A stretch of DNA of 64,000 nt from IMGVR_UViG_3300027834_000005:1-64000; one strand, 5' to 3'. Counted from the first letter of the stretch, positions 18,362-28,221 are shown. The notes: generated from the letters alone by a model not told the origin. A program made the numbers and translations.

Positions 18362-18646
18362 ATGAAAGTAAAAGATGCCAGAGAATCCATGTTTGAGTTG
18401 AAAAAAGGATCATTCGTTATGTGTTTGTATGCCGTTTCAAGCAACGTTCTAGAAACTGGCAAGGTATACAAAGTATTGAGAAGTCCTATATGTATTAAGC
18501 CTGCTATGGAAGTATATATTGATGTTGGTGGAATCCCATATTCTTTTTCCGAAAGAGCATTCACTGGTGACCTTGACTCTGTACACGTAATCAATATAGA
18601 CCACATGGATGATGAAGAGATATTCATGTTAAGGCTGTCAGTATGA
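18362..18646 (+). CDS. EDxF-tag protein, array A
   Basis: KGSFVMC..ETGKVYKV; tag MDDEEIFMLRLSV. Confidence 0.8.
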   Translation: MKVKDARESMFELKKGSFVMCLYAVSSNVLETGKVYKVLRSPICIKPAMEVYIDVGGIPYSFSERAFTGDLDSVHVINIDHMDDEEIFMLRLSV

Positions 18647-19350
18647 AAACCAAATTAGCAATAGAAAAAGATAAAGAACGTGAACTGATCGTAGCCAAGT
18701 TCATCTATAAATTGAAAAGAATACATTACTTCGATGAGATACTCGATATCATAGCGGACCCTGAGAATGAATTTCTTTTGTTGTGTCAGCTACACGGGAG
18801 TAACTCTAGTACCTTAACGTTAGAAGAGTTACGTGAGAAGATCAAGACTTACGGTAAGCTTACTGTGACGTGGGATGAAAACTTTGGCTTCACGGAATAT
18901 GAGTCACAGTGGGGTCCACAAAAACATCCTCGTAACCGACATCCTAGATGGTCAAAGGAGTGCGATAAGTATGTGTCTCGTAAGCATTCTCAGTTTAGAG
19001 GTTGCATTAAGATTCTATACGAAAATAAAAATTATGAGTATGGTTTTGGGGACGTTAGTGATTCATTGGAACGCCTTGGCCTTTATACTGGCACAGGTAG
19101 TAGTGGTCCTAGTTGTTCACGATACTATTTCTATACATATGCATTAGACTACACGTTCATCTATGCTAAGCTGCGTAAGTTCCGCCGTGAGTACTTCGCC
19201 GAAGAAGAAAGGTTGAAACTTGTGCACTTCGAAGACACATTGGCAGGAAAACCCTTGACAAAGAACTGTATTAGGTTTATGATGCCACTTTTAAATTCAA
19301 AGAAGATTCTTTTGCCGAATCCTAACCACGACAGGAAATATGTGAGATGA
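18643..19350 (+). CDS. Hypothetical protein, probable paralog of 14446-15117
   Basis: LGLYTGTGSSG motif; similar length and layout. Confidence 0.7.
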   Translation: MKTKLAIEKDKERELIVAKFIYKLKRIHYFDEILDIIADPENEFLLLCQLHGSNSSTLTLEELREKIKTYGKLTVTWDENFGFTEYESQWGPQKHPRNRHPRWSKECDKYVSRKHSQFRGCIKILYENKNYEYGFGDVSDSLERLGLYTGTGSSGPSCSRYYFYTYALDYTFIYAKLRKFRREYFAEEERLKLVHFEDTLAGKPLTKNCIRFMMPLLNSKKILLPNPNHDRKYVR

Positions 19351-19742
19351 GTTTAAAATACACATTATATATTGCAGATAGAGAAAAAAGCATGTATACT
19401 TTTCGTCCTGTTTTGGTTGAAGGGTATCGTAACTCAATCTCTGCCAGCGGCTTCTTAGATAATATGAAGAAGATAGCACATGATATGGCGTACGGTAAGC
19501 ATAAAACGTTGAAAGTGTATGATTACACGTTCACTGATACTCACTTAGACGACATTGACATGCACAATAAAGCTCATTTGAAATGCGGTGGTAAAAAGAA
19601 TCTGTATGAGATTCGTGGCGAGCCTATTGCACTAAAAGATTACTATGAAGAAATTGGTTGGGACTATAAGGCCAAAAAGCTTAATGGTCTAACTATCAGA
19701 CAACACATCAACAAGAAGATGGCGGAGAGAACCGATGATTAG
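19347..19742 (+). CDS. Hypothetical protein
   Basis: ATGA overlap. Confidence 0.7.
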   Translation: MSLKYTLYIADREKSMYTFRPVLVEGYRNSISASGFLDNMKKIAHDMAYGKHKTLKVYDYTFTDTHLDDIDMHNKAHLKCGGKKNLYEIRGEPIALKDYYEEIGWDYKAKKLNGLTIRQHINKKMAERTDD

Positions 19743-19968
19743 TGAAAAAGCAGACGAGTGTATTATTTCAGATTGTATCATCATGGTAATGAACGGTGAT
19801 GAAAAAGTGTCCAGAGTTCCTGCTGGTACGCCTTTTCCTGTTGGATGTGTTGTTAATTGGGAAGATCTTGGTGATAATCGTGAACGATTCACTATGAGAG
19901 ATGAGAACGACGTTGAAAGAACTATCGAAGTGATGTGTGAAGGTTTTATTGATGTCGTGTTTGCATGA
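19735..19968 (+). CDS. Hypothetical protein
   Basis: GGAG RBS; coupled. Confidence 0.65.
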   Translation: MISEKADECIISDCIIMVMNGDEKVSRVPAGTPFPVGCVVNWEDLGDNRERFTMRDENDVERTIEVMCEGFIDVVFA

Positions 19969-20279
19969 CCCGCTCAGTTAGTTACTACTCTAGAGCCTAT
20001 ATACCTAAAAAGCCAGATATACACTCGGCTAGGTCAGTGTATAATAATGGTCAGTTATTATGTGTGTACTCTCATAATGAAGACTTCATTAAAGGTAAAG
20101 TGTACACGGGTGAGTCTAAGCAGACTACAGGTGATATATTTTATATTCCTGAAGTGAACAATATTATGTACGGGGGTCCACATCTAGACACTGATAGGAT
20201 AGGCAATGATTATCCAATATTTATTGTCGTTGATGGTTTGGACGAAGAAGATATTTTTCAATTATTAATGATGTATTAG
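19965..20279 (+). CDS. EDxF-tag protein
   Basis: GQLLCV..FIKGKVY; tag LDEEDIFQLLMMY. Confidence 0.75.
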   Translation: MTRSVSYYSRAYIPKKPDIHSARSVYNNGQLLCVYSHNEDFIKGKVYTGESKQTTGDIFYIPEVNNIMYGGPHLDTDRIGNDYPIFIVVDGLDEEDIFQLLMMY

Positions 20280-20288
20280 GAGGTAAGC

Positions 20289-20705
20289 ATGAACACAGAT
20301 TACGACAAATACATATATGTCGGTGCAAAATTCGTTTGTGTTGATATATCCCATCGCTACGGTGCCGTACCTCGTAACTTGAAATATAATTACACTGACG
20401 GTATTGTGTATGAGGTTACAGACGCTGTTAGGACGCCTGTGTATTGCCAAGACGAGGGAATAAGTCTTTACCTTTCAAGTGACAAAGGTAGAAAGCAGTG
20501 GAATCCTAAAACCCTATTAAATGCTAAGCCGTCTCCTGTCACTGAGCGTGGTTCTGAAGGTACATACATGTATCCGGTGATGATACCAATAGATGACTTC
20601 CCAGAAGAGCACAAGTTCTTCATAGAGCTTGGAGGTGATCCAGTTCAAGTGGTTAAAGATCATTACGAAGAGATCATGGGGTGTGTTCGTGTTCAAGAAT
20701 CCTAA
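20289..20705 (+). CDS. EDxF-tag protein
   Basis: VGAKFVCV..YTDGIVYEV; tag FPEEHKFFIELGG. Confidence 0.75.
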   Translation: MNTDYDKYIYVGAKFVCVDISHRYGAVPRNLKYNYTDGIVYEVTDAVRTPVYCQDEGISLYLSSDKGRKQWNPKTLLNAKPSPVTERGSEGTYMYPVMIPIDDFPEEHKFFIELGGDPVQVVKDHYEEIMGCVRVQES

Positions 20706-21111
20706 GTGCTACGAATATAATGGTTTCATGTGCATCTCAGACATTGATGATAATGGAAAGCAGACCGGAACAATTTTAAGCTATGAACGGTTCGATAAAA
20801 AATTATTGGTATTCGCTGAAGAAGAACTCAGTTCAAAAACATGCCACTATATGGATTGGAATAAACATGGCAGGTTAGACGCCAATATAGTCGAGTATGA
20901 AGGAAAGGATATTTACTTACAAGATAAGCAAGGTGATGTCAAGACTGACGGATCTTTCTTTTTTCCAAAAACGGAAGAAGAATCATTTCATATACAGCTT
21001 ATGTATCCAGGTGTAGTTTTAATGCCCGAAATAGATTTTGAAAAGTTTGGATATTTTGATGAGACCGTTAAGAAAGTAAAAGCAAAAACACATACATACA
21101 TTGGAAAATAG
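20629..21111 (+). CDS. EDxF-tag protein, internal-tag type (start uncertain)
   Basis: PKTEEESFHIQLMYPG followed by ~30 aa. Confidence 0.65.
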   Translation: MEVIQFKWLKIITKRSWGVFVFKNPKCYEYNGFMCISDIDDNGKQTGTILSYERFDKKLLVFAEEELSSKTCHYMDWNKHGRLDANIVEYEGKDIYLQDKQGDVKTDGSFFFPKTEEESFHIQLMYPGVVLMPEIDFEKFGYFDETVKKVKAKTHTYIGK

Positions 21112-21123
21112 GGTTACAATAGA

Positions 21124-21549
21124 ATGAAAAAGATAAATGTAAATTCGTTACGATATAAAGCGACTAAGCTATGTTTTGAAGAAGATGACATGCCTAAGTC
21201 TGAATGTACCTACTTCTGGCTTTCTCTTGGCTCAATGGCGTGGCTATCCTTCATTGCAGTGTTTGCAGCAACCATGGTAAGCATTGTGCTGTGGGTGGTG
21301 TTATATGAATTCATTGGTTGCTTGATTGGATTAGTAGTAATGAGCACTCCATACTATTATGTAGGTGGTATTATCGTTGCCACGATACTATATTGCGTTC
21401 TGCATATAATGGTATGTGAGAGAAGAGAATTCACTCAGTGGAGAATCGATGAAGGTCTTGAAGAAGCACCTGTGCGTAGTGACTTCGTTGAAAAGCTTTT
21501 ATACGTGAAGAAGAAAATTTGCCGCGAAGTTGAATACGTCGATGAGTAA
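21124..21549 (+). CDS. Membrane protein (about 3 TM)
   Basis: Long hydrophobic stretches. Confidence 0.7.
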   Translation: MKKINVNSLRYKATKLCFEEDDMPKSECTYFWLSLGSMAWLSFIAVFAATMVSIVLWVVLYEFIGCLIGLVVMSTPYYYVGGIIVATILYCVLHIMVCERREFTQWRIDEGLEEAPVRSDFVEKLLYVKKKICREVEYVDE

Positions 21550-22012
21550 TTATATTCTTACTATTGAGCTGGTCCCTAAGACTAGCTGGTATTCCAATGT
21601 TAGGTCTAATGTAACCTCTACGCAGTGGAGTAAGATCAAAAAAGATCGAGCCACGTTAGCCGGTTACAAATGTGAGATCTGTAATGGTACTGGTTTCGAC
21701 CAAGGCATAAGATGGGCAGTAGAGTGCCATGAGATATGGGAGTATGATGATAAGAATCACATACAGAAGCTCAAATCTATGACGTCTCTATGTCCTCGCT
21801 GCCACGAAGTAAAGCATATTGGTCTTGCTGCCGTAAGAGGTAAGCTAGAGTATGCCACACAGCACTTCATGGCGGTTAACGGGGTTTCCAGTGATGAGGC
21901 TGAAGACTACATCATTGGGTGCTTCGAAGAGCATGCAGAGAGAAGTAAGCACGAATGGGCATTAGATTTGGATCACCTTGAAGAAAGATACAACATTAAG
22001 GTTAAAAAGTAA
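21530..22012 (+). CDS. HNH-type nuclease-like protein
   Basis: CEIC ... ECHEIW ... LCPRCHEVKH. Confidence 0.7.
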   Translation: MNTSMSNYILTIELVPKTSWYSNVRSNVTSTQWSKIKKDRATLAGYKCEICNGTGFDQGIRWAVECHEIWEYDDKNHIQKLKSMTSLCPRCHEVKHIGLAAVRGKLEYATQHFMAVNGVSSDEAEDYIIGCFEEHAERSKHEWALDLDHLEERYNIKVKK

Positions 22013-22332
22013 TGAACATAATGGATGATTTGGACATCTGCATGGATGATTTGAACATATGTCCTGTGTGTGTGCCAATAGAGTCCGTGTACGAAGGCAT
22101 GAAGCTAATAGGCATCTCTGATTCCCTCCTATTCGAAGTCACCAAAGGTAAGATTTATGAGATTACTCGTATAACACCGATGTCAATTTACGTGCAGTGC
22201 GATGATGATATGGAATGCGGATACGGGTGGGATAAAAGAACGATATGTGGGCAAGCAAGAAACGTCTGGTACTATCCAATAGACATGATTGAAGATGAAG
22301 CGATGAAATTTCTAATAACTTTGTCAATGTAG
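22012..22332 (+). CDS. EDxF-tag protein (divergent tag)
   Basis: EGMKLIG..VTKGKIYEI; tag IEDEAMKFLITLSM. Confidence 0.7.
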   Translation: MNIMDDLDICMDDLNICPVCVPIESVYEGMKLIGISDSLLFEVTKGKIYEITRITPMSIYVQCDDDMECGYGWDKRTICGQARNVWYYPIDMIEDEAMKFLITLSM

Positions 22333-22341
22333 GAGATTTAC

Positions 22342-22785
22342 ATGGCTGGCATAGATAAAATATGTGAAGTGTGCGACGACTACGTAGGTAGTGATATGTA
22401 TACTATGAGTAGTAATTTATTCCAAGTGTGCAATAAATGTAAGCCGTCATTTAGAGGGCACAGCGCAGTTATATACATGGATGCGCCAGATAGACACCTT
22501 GATATGGGTATTGGTTACGTATCTCATTCTATAGAGGATGAAGAGTGGTTCAAAGACTCAGGAAGAAAAATACCACGAGGGAAGTTAGTGAATAGGTACG
22601 AATACGCCATAGAGATAAAAGGTGATACGTATTGGCATTACACGTACGATAAGAAAACTATGCTACGTAAGGTGAAGCGGTTAACAAGATCATCGGATAT
22701 ACGAATACACGAAAACGTGTATATGGAAGCTATATATCGAGAGTATAGCACTTCGCAGCACGGTGAGGTATATGAGTACTTCTAG
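22342..22785 (+). CDS. Hypothetical protein with N-terminal Cys pairs
   Basis: CEVC ... CNKC; AGGA RBS. Confidence 0.65.
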   Translation: MAGIDKICEVCDDYVGSDMYTMSSNLFQVCNKCKPSFRGHSAVIYMDAPDRHLDMGIGYVSHSIEDEEWFKDSGRKIPRGKLVNRYEYAIEIKGDTYWHYTYDKKTMLRKVKRLTRSSDIRIHENVYMEAIYREYSTSQHGEVYEYF

Positions 22786-22969
22786 AGAATCATCGGATGT
22801 TGTTTGTGGCGTGCTTCTTATGGCCCATGGTATGTTCGGGTTATCCATATCCCCATACGCAGCTCATAATGGATCGCCAGCGGTAATATTTACTTATGTA
22901 CTGTGTGTAGGTACGTTATTAAGTAGTTTTTACTTTTTTCATAAATCAGGCAGTACAATTTTTAATTAA
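22763..22969 (+). CDS. Small membrane protein
   Basis: Two hydrophobic segments. Confidence 0.5.
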   Translation: MRYMSTSRESSDVVCGVLLMAHGMFGLSISPYAAHNGSPAVIFTYVLCVGTLLSSFYFFHKSGSTIFN

Positions 22970-22974
22970 AATGA

Positions 22975-23003
22975 TTGACAAAAACATTATGTTGTGGGAT
23001 AAT
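22975..23003 (+). promoter_or_regulatory. sigma70-type promoter
   Basis: TTGACA-N17-GATAAT. Confidence 0.65.
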
Positions 23004-23031
23004 ACGCAGCAAGAGACCAACGGGGTTTATA

Positions 23032-24966
23032 ATGATAGACATTAGTGAAAAGAAGAATAAGTTAGCATCTGCTTCTACTAATCTGAAGAAAAGATTCTTC
23101 GGTATTGATGATACAATTGATAAGATTATCGATAGTATTAGCGCATGGTATTTGTTCCCAGAGATTAGTACACGTCCTCAAATCGTGTGCCTTTGGGGTT
23201 TAACTGGAGTAGGTAAGACCGACTTGATCAGACAGCTATGTGCTGAGCTAGATGTAAGTTCTGACTTTGCTGAAATCCAGCTTGATGGCAACAAAAACGG
23301 TCAGCGCGACATTGGCGACATTTTAGCGCACACCACAATCACTCCTGAGTCTCATAGTGTTTTACTATTAGATGAAGTGCAGCGATTCAAGACCAAAGAC
23401 GAAGAAGGTCATGACCTGATGGAAGGCAATATGCAAGACATCTGGATGCTTCTTAGTGACGGTACGCTTGGCTCACGTAACTCCCTAAAGATCGATCTAA
23501 TGAACTTCTTGATGGAACTGAACTCTGACATCTATGCGGCAGAGAAACGCTCTAATAAGTCCTCTAAGGACGATAGTAATAGCGTTTCTGGTAGTGACGA
23601 AGCTGATATCACTGAAGAAGATGATGAAGACGACGATAGTCCGTTCTCATGGGGTAGAAAATATAATGCTAACCGCTTATATCGCTTCGATAACAGCACA
23701 CCGTTGGAAGAGTACATGCAAATGGACTATTACCAGCAACGTGACATGGTAACTGCTCTGTTAGCTGATACTAATACGTTTGTACCTAAGCCTTATCGTA
23801 AGATGCTTATTTTCATCTCCGGTAACTTGGATGAAGCATTCCACGTAGCGACAGATACAGCTGAATCTGAAATCAATGCTGATTTGGTGTACGAAGAGAC
23901 CAAGAAAGTAAATGTATTGGATATTAAGACTGCTCTACGTAGACGTTTTAAGCCAGAACAGATTGCTCGCTTCGGTAACAACTACATCATCTATCCTTCG
24001 CTTAATAAGAAAGCGTATGATAAGATCATTGAGCGAAGAATCAAAGACTTCACTAAGTCGGTGAATAAAGTCCTTAAAGGCAACGATATCAAAGTTAAGA
24101 TTACCAAGAACGTGAATACCATGTTGTATCAGAACGGTGTATATCCAGCACAAGGTGCACGTCCTATTTTGTCAACGATTGATAATTTCATCAATAACGT
24201 TATCCCTAAAGTGATCATTGCGTGTGATTCTAACGGTGTGACAGGTGAAGTGTCTCTTAGCTGCTCAGAGAAAGGCTTCGTGTCTTACAAGTGCGGTGAC
24301 TTAGAAGGTAAAGTGGCATTCGTAGGTGAGTTGGATAAGATTCGTGACAAGCAAAAAAGCAAGAAAAATCTTTCTGCTAAAGTAGCTGTACATGAAGCTG
24401 GTCATGCAGTATTACATTGCGTCGAATACGGGGTAGCACCTAAAGATGTGAAGATCAGCGTAGCTTCTTCATTCAATAACGGATTCGTGTATAACAGTGT
24501 TGTTCCTTCATCTAAGAAAGAGTTGGAAAGTTATGTTAAGTGTTGCTTCGGTGGCACAGCAGCTGAAGAGCTTGTGTTCGGTAAAGACAACGTTAGTAGC
24601 GGTGCCAGCTCCGACTTAGCTTCTGCTTCTGAGAAGATTGCTCTGATGATCCGATACTTAGGTATGGGACCAAACGACTCTAAAGTCATGGTGGGTGATC
24701 ACACTGACAAGCAAATCATCTGCACAAAAGAAACAGATGCTCAGATGAAGACGTTGTCGGCTTCTCTTATGAAAGACACGTCTGCGGTTCTTAGAGAGCA
24801 CGTTGATTTCTTAAAGGATGTCTCTAGAGAGTTATCTGCTAAGAAAGAACTATCCTCTAAGGATATGCGAGAAATCGCTAAACGTAATAACTTGGACATA
24901 TTGGCAGATGCCTCAGAAGACGATCATTATGGCTATAATGACGTATTCAACAAGTGGCTTTCGTAG
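23032..24966 (+). CDS. Soluble Clp-like AAA+ ATPase fused to M41 (FtsH-type) Zn-protease domain
   Basis: GLTGVGKT, LLLDE, GARP (ClpB D2-like); HEAGH, GGTAAEELVFG, SSGASSD (FtsH M41); no TM segment; start set at ATG 23032, downstream of the promoter. Confidence 0.8.
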   Translation: MIDISEKKNKLASASTNLKKRFFGIDDTIDKIIDSISAWYLFPEISTRPQIVCLWGLTGVGKTDLIRQLCAELDVSSDFAEIQLDGNKNGQRDIGDILAHTTITPESHSVLLLDEVQRFKTKDEEGHDLMEGNMQDIWMLLSDGTLGSRNSLKIDLMNFLMELNSDIYAAEKRSNKSSKDDSNSVSGSDEADITEEDDEDDDSPFSWGRKYNANRLYRFDNSTPLEEYMQMDYYQQRDMVTALLADTNTFVPKPYRKMLIFISGNLDEAFHVATDTAESEINADLVYEETKKVNVLDIKTALRRRFKPEQIARFGNNYIIYPSLNKKAYDKIIERRIKDFTKSVNKVLKGNDIKVKITKNVNTMLYQNGVYPAQGARPILSTIDNFINNVIPKVIIACDSNGVTGEVSLSCSEKGFVSYKCGDLEGKVAFVGELDKIRDKQKSKKNLSAKVAVHEAGHAVLHCVEYGVAPKDVKISVASSFNNGFVYNSVVPSSKKELESYVKCCFGGTAAEELVFGKDNVSSGASSDLASASEKIALMIRYLGMGPNDSKVMVGDHTDKQIICTKETDAQMKTLSASLMKDTSAVLREHVDFLKDVSRELSAKKELSSKDMREIAKRNNLDILADASEDDHYGYNDVFNKWLS

Positions 24967-25190
24967 TATATTTCCTATGCGTGATCTTATTAAACACCAT
25001 CGCCCTTACTGTGGCGGTTGGTGTTTTTTTGCGTTATAGGGATATAAAAAGGTGGAATAATGGGGTATGTAGAGAGTCAGGTAGAGATTGGATGTTGTTT
25101 AGGCTTGACATGAGTAATAATGCTTGGTACACTGATCTTCGTGGTAATGACATATACTTGAAACATTACAATCCTAGGAAATACGAATGA
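24954..25190 (+). CDS. Small membrane-anchored protein
   Basis: N-terminal TM; WNNGVCRESG. Confidence 0.6.
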   Translation: MAFVVYFLCVILLNTIALTVAVGVFLRYRDIKRWNNGVCRESGRDWMLFRLDMSNNAWYTDLRGNDIYLKHYNPRKYE

Positions 25191-25226
25191 TATACGATGA
25201 CATAATGATATACGATGACATAATGA
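25187..25226 (+). repeat. 18-bp tandem duplication at the gene start
   Basis: ATGATATACGATGACATA x2 plus ATGA (MIYDDI MIYDDI M). Confidence 0.9.
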
Positions 25227-25558
25227 CTGTTATATTCTGTGCAACTACGTTATTATCATTAATAATGTATCATGTGTTTTACAAGAAAAGAATACATAAT
25301 AGCATGAAGATGGCAGCTACGGTTGATTATTGTCTTCTAACTTTTTCCGTACAAGTAGCTATAGCATACACATTATATACTTCATATTTCAACTTGACAC
25401 CGTCAGCGATTGCTGTATGCTCGTGTATGGTAATTTTGGTACTTTATGACTTATTCTGTAGAGTGTATGGTTCCATAACACATAAGAAGACACGGTTCTT
25501 TAACAAGTTAAGCGGGGAGGTGAATTTTGAGCGATCTAATATTGATGTCGATTACTAG
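25187..25558 (+). CDS. Membrane protein (3 TM)
   Basis: Hydrophobic segments. Confidence 0.65.
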   Translation: MIYDDIMIYDDIMTVIFCATTLLSLIMYHVFYKKRIHNSMKMAATVDYCLLTFSVQVAIAYTLYTSYFNLTPSAIAVCSCMVILVLYDLFCRVYGSITHKKTRFFNKLSGEVNFERSNIDVDY

Positions 25559-25853
25559 TATCGTAATGCTTTTTTCATGTAAATGGAGAGGCGAATATCT
25601 TAAGGAGTATGGATTCTATAGCCTAGGTATCATGAATAATAATCCATGGTACAAGAATCCAGCGGTCACTAATCTAATTCTTATCATACTTATGAATCTG
25701 TCCAATTTTGTATTTGATAGCAGAGAAGAAGTGTCATCATTTTATTTGTTTTGTTTCATTTACATATGGTCTTCTTTATCCGTACACACGTCTGTAACTA
25801 GAATAATGAGCAGACGGGAAGTAGATCATATCATAGAGACTAAATTCAAATGA
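25527..25853 (+). CDS. Membrane protein
   Basis: Hydrophobic segments; GGAGG RBS. Confidence 0.6.
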   Translation: MSDLILMSITSIVMLFSCKWRGEYLKEYGFYSLGIMNNNPWYKNPAVTNLILIILMNLSNFVFDSREEVSSFYLFCFIYIWSSLSVHTSVTRIMSRREVDHIIETKFK

Positions 25854-26233
25854 CTAAGATGGAAACGCCCTATGGCCCACTTGAATTTCTAGAAATTCCT
25901 AGAACCGGCAAAACGTACCGCATAACGCATCGCGGAGAAGAAACTAGATCCGATATTGTCAAACGTGGTTCAGGTCATAGACTAAAGTATACCACAGGAA
26001 GCATTATTAATGGTCCTAGGGTAGAGATAACAGTGAGAGTTGTGCCAGATGGGTATGATCAGGAAAAATCTGTATTTAGTATTGGTGGTGAAGTGGTATT
26101 TTCTGAATTTTATATCCCGTCTGATGAAGAAGTATTCGAAATCATTTTGACCCATGGTCCGTTCATAATGCCGTCATTCAAAATGCGAAAATATTTAGAA
26201 CATGCATATAGTCTGAACAAAAATAAGTTTTAG
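25850..26233 (+). CDS. EDxF-tag protein, internal-tag type; paralog of 26247
   Basis: IPSDEEVFEIILTHG..MPSFKM. Confidence 0.75.
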   Translation: MTKMETPYGPLEFLEIPRTGKTYRITHRGEETRSDIVKRGSGHRLKYTTGSIINGPRVEITVRVVPDGYDQEKSVFSIGGEVVFSEFYIPSDEEVFEIILTHGPFIMPSFKMRKYLEHAYSLNKNKF

Positions 26234-26246
26234 CGGAGATAATGCC

Positions 26247-26648
26247 ATGATTAATTATATAGACTCACCACATGGTGTTATTGATGTGATGCGAGTTCCC
26301 AATTGCGATGACGTTGCTGGTTTATATCACAATGACGGTGAAACTAGGTCAACCATTAAAGCTATTGATGGAATCACGGAAGTTAAATTTACTATTGGGT
26401 CAATTCACAAAGGTTCAAGGGTAGAAATGCGCATTGGATGTGATAAAAAAGGACATGAAAATATAATAACTTTAATCATCCGTGATGGCGAACTTCAAGA
26501 AGTACTACCCCACATACCAACCGATGAGGATATTTTCGAATTGACATTGAAGTATGGTGATATAAAAATGCCGTCAATGAAGATGAAATATCACTTAGAA
26601 TGCGCATTAGAAAAAATTATTAAAGATAAAGGTGTATTTACATGTTAA
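26247..26648 (+). CDS. EDxF-tag protein, internal-tag type; paralog of 25850
   Basis: IPTDEDIFELTLKYG..MPSMKM. Confidence 0.75.
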   Translation: MINYIDSPHGVIDVMRVPNCDDVAGLYHNDGETRSTIKAIDGITEVKFTIGSIHKGSRVEMRIGCDKKGHENIITLIIRDGELQEVLPHIPTDEDIFELTLKYGDIKMPSMKMKYHLECALEKIIKDKGVFTC

Positions 26649-26687
26649 TGCATGTTATAATACGCGCATAATACAGGGAGAAGGACC

Positions 26688-26846
26688 ATGGCTATATTAT
26701 TCATAGTCTTAATAATATTAGGCGCGTGCGTCTGGGAAGAAGGATTTGATGTACAATTCACTCATCCTTACGCATCACTCATACTAATGACCATAGGCAT
26801 AATTATGGTTCTTGGCGGATTCGGCGGAGCAATAGTCTATGCCTGA
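26688..26846 (+). CDS. 52-aa two-TM protein (below the ORF-track cutoff)
   Basis: MAILFIVLIILGACVWEEGFDVQFTHPYASLILMTIGIIMVLGGFGGAIVYA; GGGAG/AAGGA RBS; TGnTATAAT at 26653-26661. Confidence 0.65.
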   Translation: MAILFIVLIILGACVWEEGFDVQFTHPYASLILMTIGIIMVLGGFGGAIVYA

Positions 26847-27024
26847 TAAAATGACATCATCAGAGAAGTACAGTAAGGCTCTAGAGCTTAGAATGTGTGC
26901 CGATTCATGGGAACCAAACGTAATGCTCTTAGGTAATGTGTCGGCGGATGCTATCAAGCAGATATGCAGTGATTACGCACGTTTACGACTTCAAGCAGGC
27001 ATTAGTGATAATATTGATGATTAA
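26839..27024 (+). CDS. Small hypothetical protein
   Basis: GGAG RBS; overlaps upstream stop. Confidence 0.55.
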   Translation: MPDKMTSSEKYSKALELRMCADSWEPNVMLLGNVSADAIKQICSDYARLRLQAGISDNIDD

Positions 27025-27092
27025 AAGCTTGCCGGTAACATGAACTGGTGTTATTATACACCTCTCAAATTAATCAACTTATTAAATAACAG

Positions 27093-27641
27093 GTGACAAA
27101 TATGGAAGCTTTCTTTTTAGGTGTATTAGGGTTCTTCGCAACCCCATTCTTTTTCGGCGCATTTATCATTGCAGCATTATGGTTCGAGTATGAATCCCAT
27201 ACGAAGACAGGCGGTGTGTTCTTATTGATATTAGCAGTGCTCACGGTGAGTATGTTCGGTGACGTAGTACCGTTACGTTGTTTCGGATACATGGCATTAG
27301 CTTATATCCCGTTAGGCATCGCATGGTCAACTATTCGTTGGGGACGTTATTCCAATAGTTTAGTGAATGATTTCAATGAGTGGAAGAAACAGCAACAAGG
27401 TCATTCGAACTCATCTCAACATAGTAGAACGGTTGATGCACGAGAAAGATTAGATTATAGACTCGAACTGTCTAACAACAAAGCTCGTGTTGCAGAATGG
27501 GTATTAACTTGGCCTATCAGTATCCCAGTGTTCTTCTTAAGTGATACATTGGCGTTGATTGAGAAAGTCATCACAACATATTTCAAGTCTGTGTTCACAC
27601 GTATCACAGATAAAGCCAAGTCACGTATTGACGAAAGCTAA
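27093..27641 (+). CDS. Membrane protein (3-4 TM)
   Basis: Hydrophobic segments; true ATG probably 27102. Confidence 0.75.
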   Translation: MTNMEAFFLGVLGFFATPFFFGAFIIAALWFEYESHTKTGGVFLLILAVLTVSMFGDVVPLRCFGYMALAYIPLGIAWSTIRWGRYSNSLVNDFNEWKKQQQGHSNSSQHSRTVDARERLDYRLELSNNKARVAEWVLTWPISIPVFFLSDTLALIEKVITTYFKSVFTRITDKAKSRIDES

Positions 27642-27668
27642 AACACAATCTAATTTAAAGGAATAGAC

Positions 27669-27983
27669 ATGATTGTAGAAGGGAATCAGGAAAATTTTGA
27701 TGAAGAAGTTATGGGCCACCAAGGTGTGGTTCTTTTAGACTTCTATGCAGACTGGTGCGGTCCATGTAAAATGGTAATGCCAGTACTGGAAGACATCGCC
27801 GAGAGTGGCGAAGTAAAAGTAGTGAAAATAAACGTTGACGAAGCACCAGAAATGGTGGCAGAATACAACGTTCGTGGAGTACCTACTTTCCGTTTAGTAA
27901 GAGATGGTGAGTTGTTGGAAGCAATTGCTTCTGGCGGACAGACCAAAACAACTCTTACTGAATTTATTGACAATAATTTGTAA
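27669..27983 (+). CDS. trxA: Thioredoxin
   Basis: DFYADWCGPCK active site; VRGVPTF cis-Pro loop. Confidence 0.95.
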   Translation: MIVEGNQENFDEEVMGHQGVVLLDFYADWCGPCKMVMPVLEDIAESGEVKVVKINVDEAPEMVAEYNVRGVPTFRLVRDGELLEAIASGGQTKTTLTEFIDNNL

Positions 27984-28023
27984 CAGTTTTATAATGAAGT
28001 GAGAACCTGTAGGAGGGTTAACA

Positions 28024-28221
28024 ATGTCTAAGACAAGACGCGTGGCAGCCAAAGGCCAAAAATCAGTTCCAGTGCGAGTTAAGTTCAAACTGGGTGGACG
28101 TAAAAGTACAGTTAGTGCTCTACATTTAACAACCGATGAATTGCTTGAACGCTTAGCCAAAGGTGGCAAAGACGCGAGTAAGATCACGCAGGTTTTAGAT
28201 CAACGCGGCATTACTATCTAG
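28024..28221 (+). CDS. Small basic protein
   Basis: AGGAGG RBS; Lys/Arg-rich. Confidence 0.7.
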   Translation: MSKTRRVAAKGQKSVPVRVKFKLGGRKSTVSALHLTTDELLERLAKGGKDASKITQVLDQRGITI

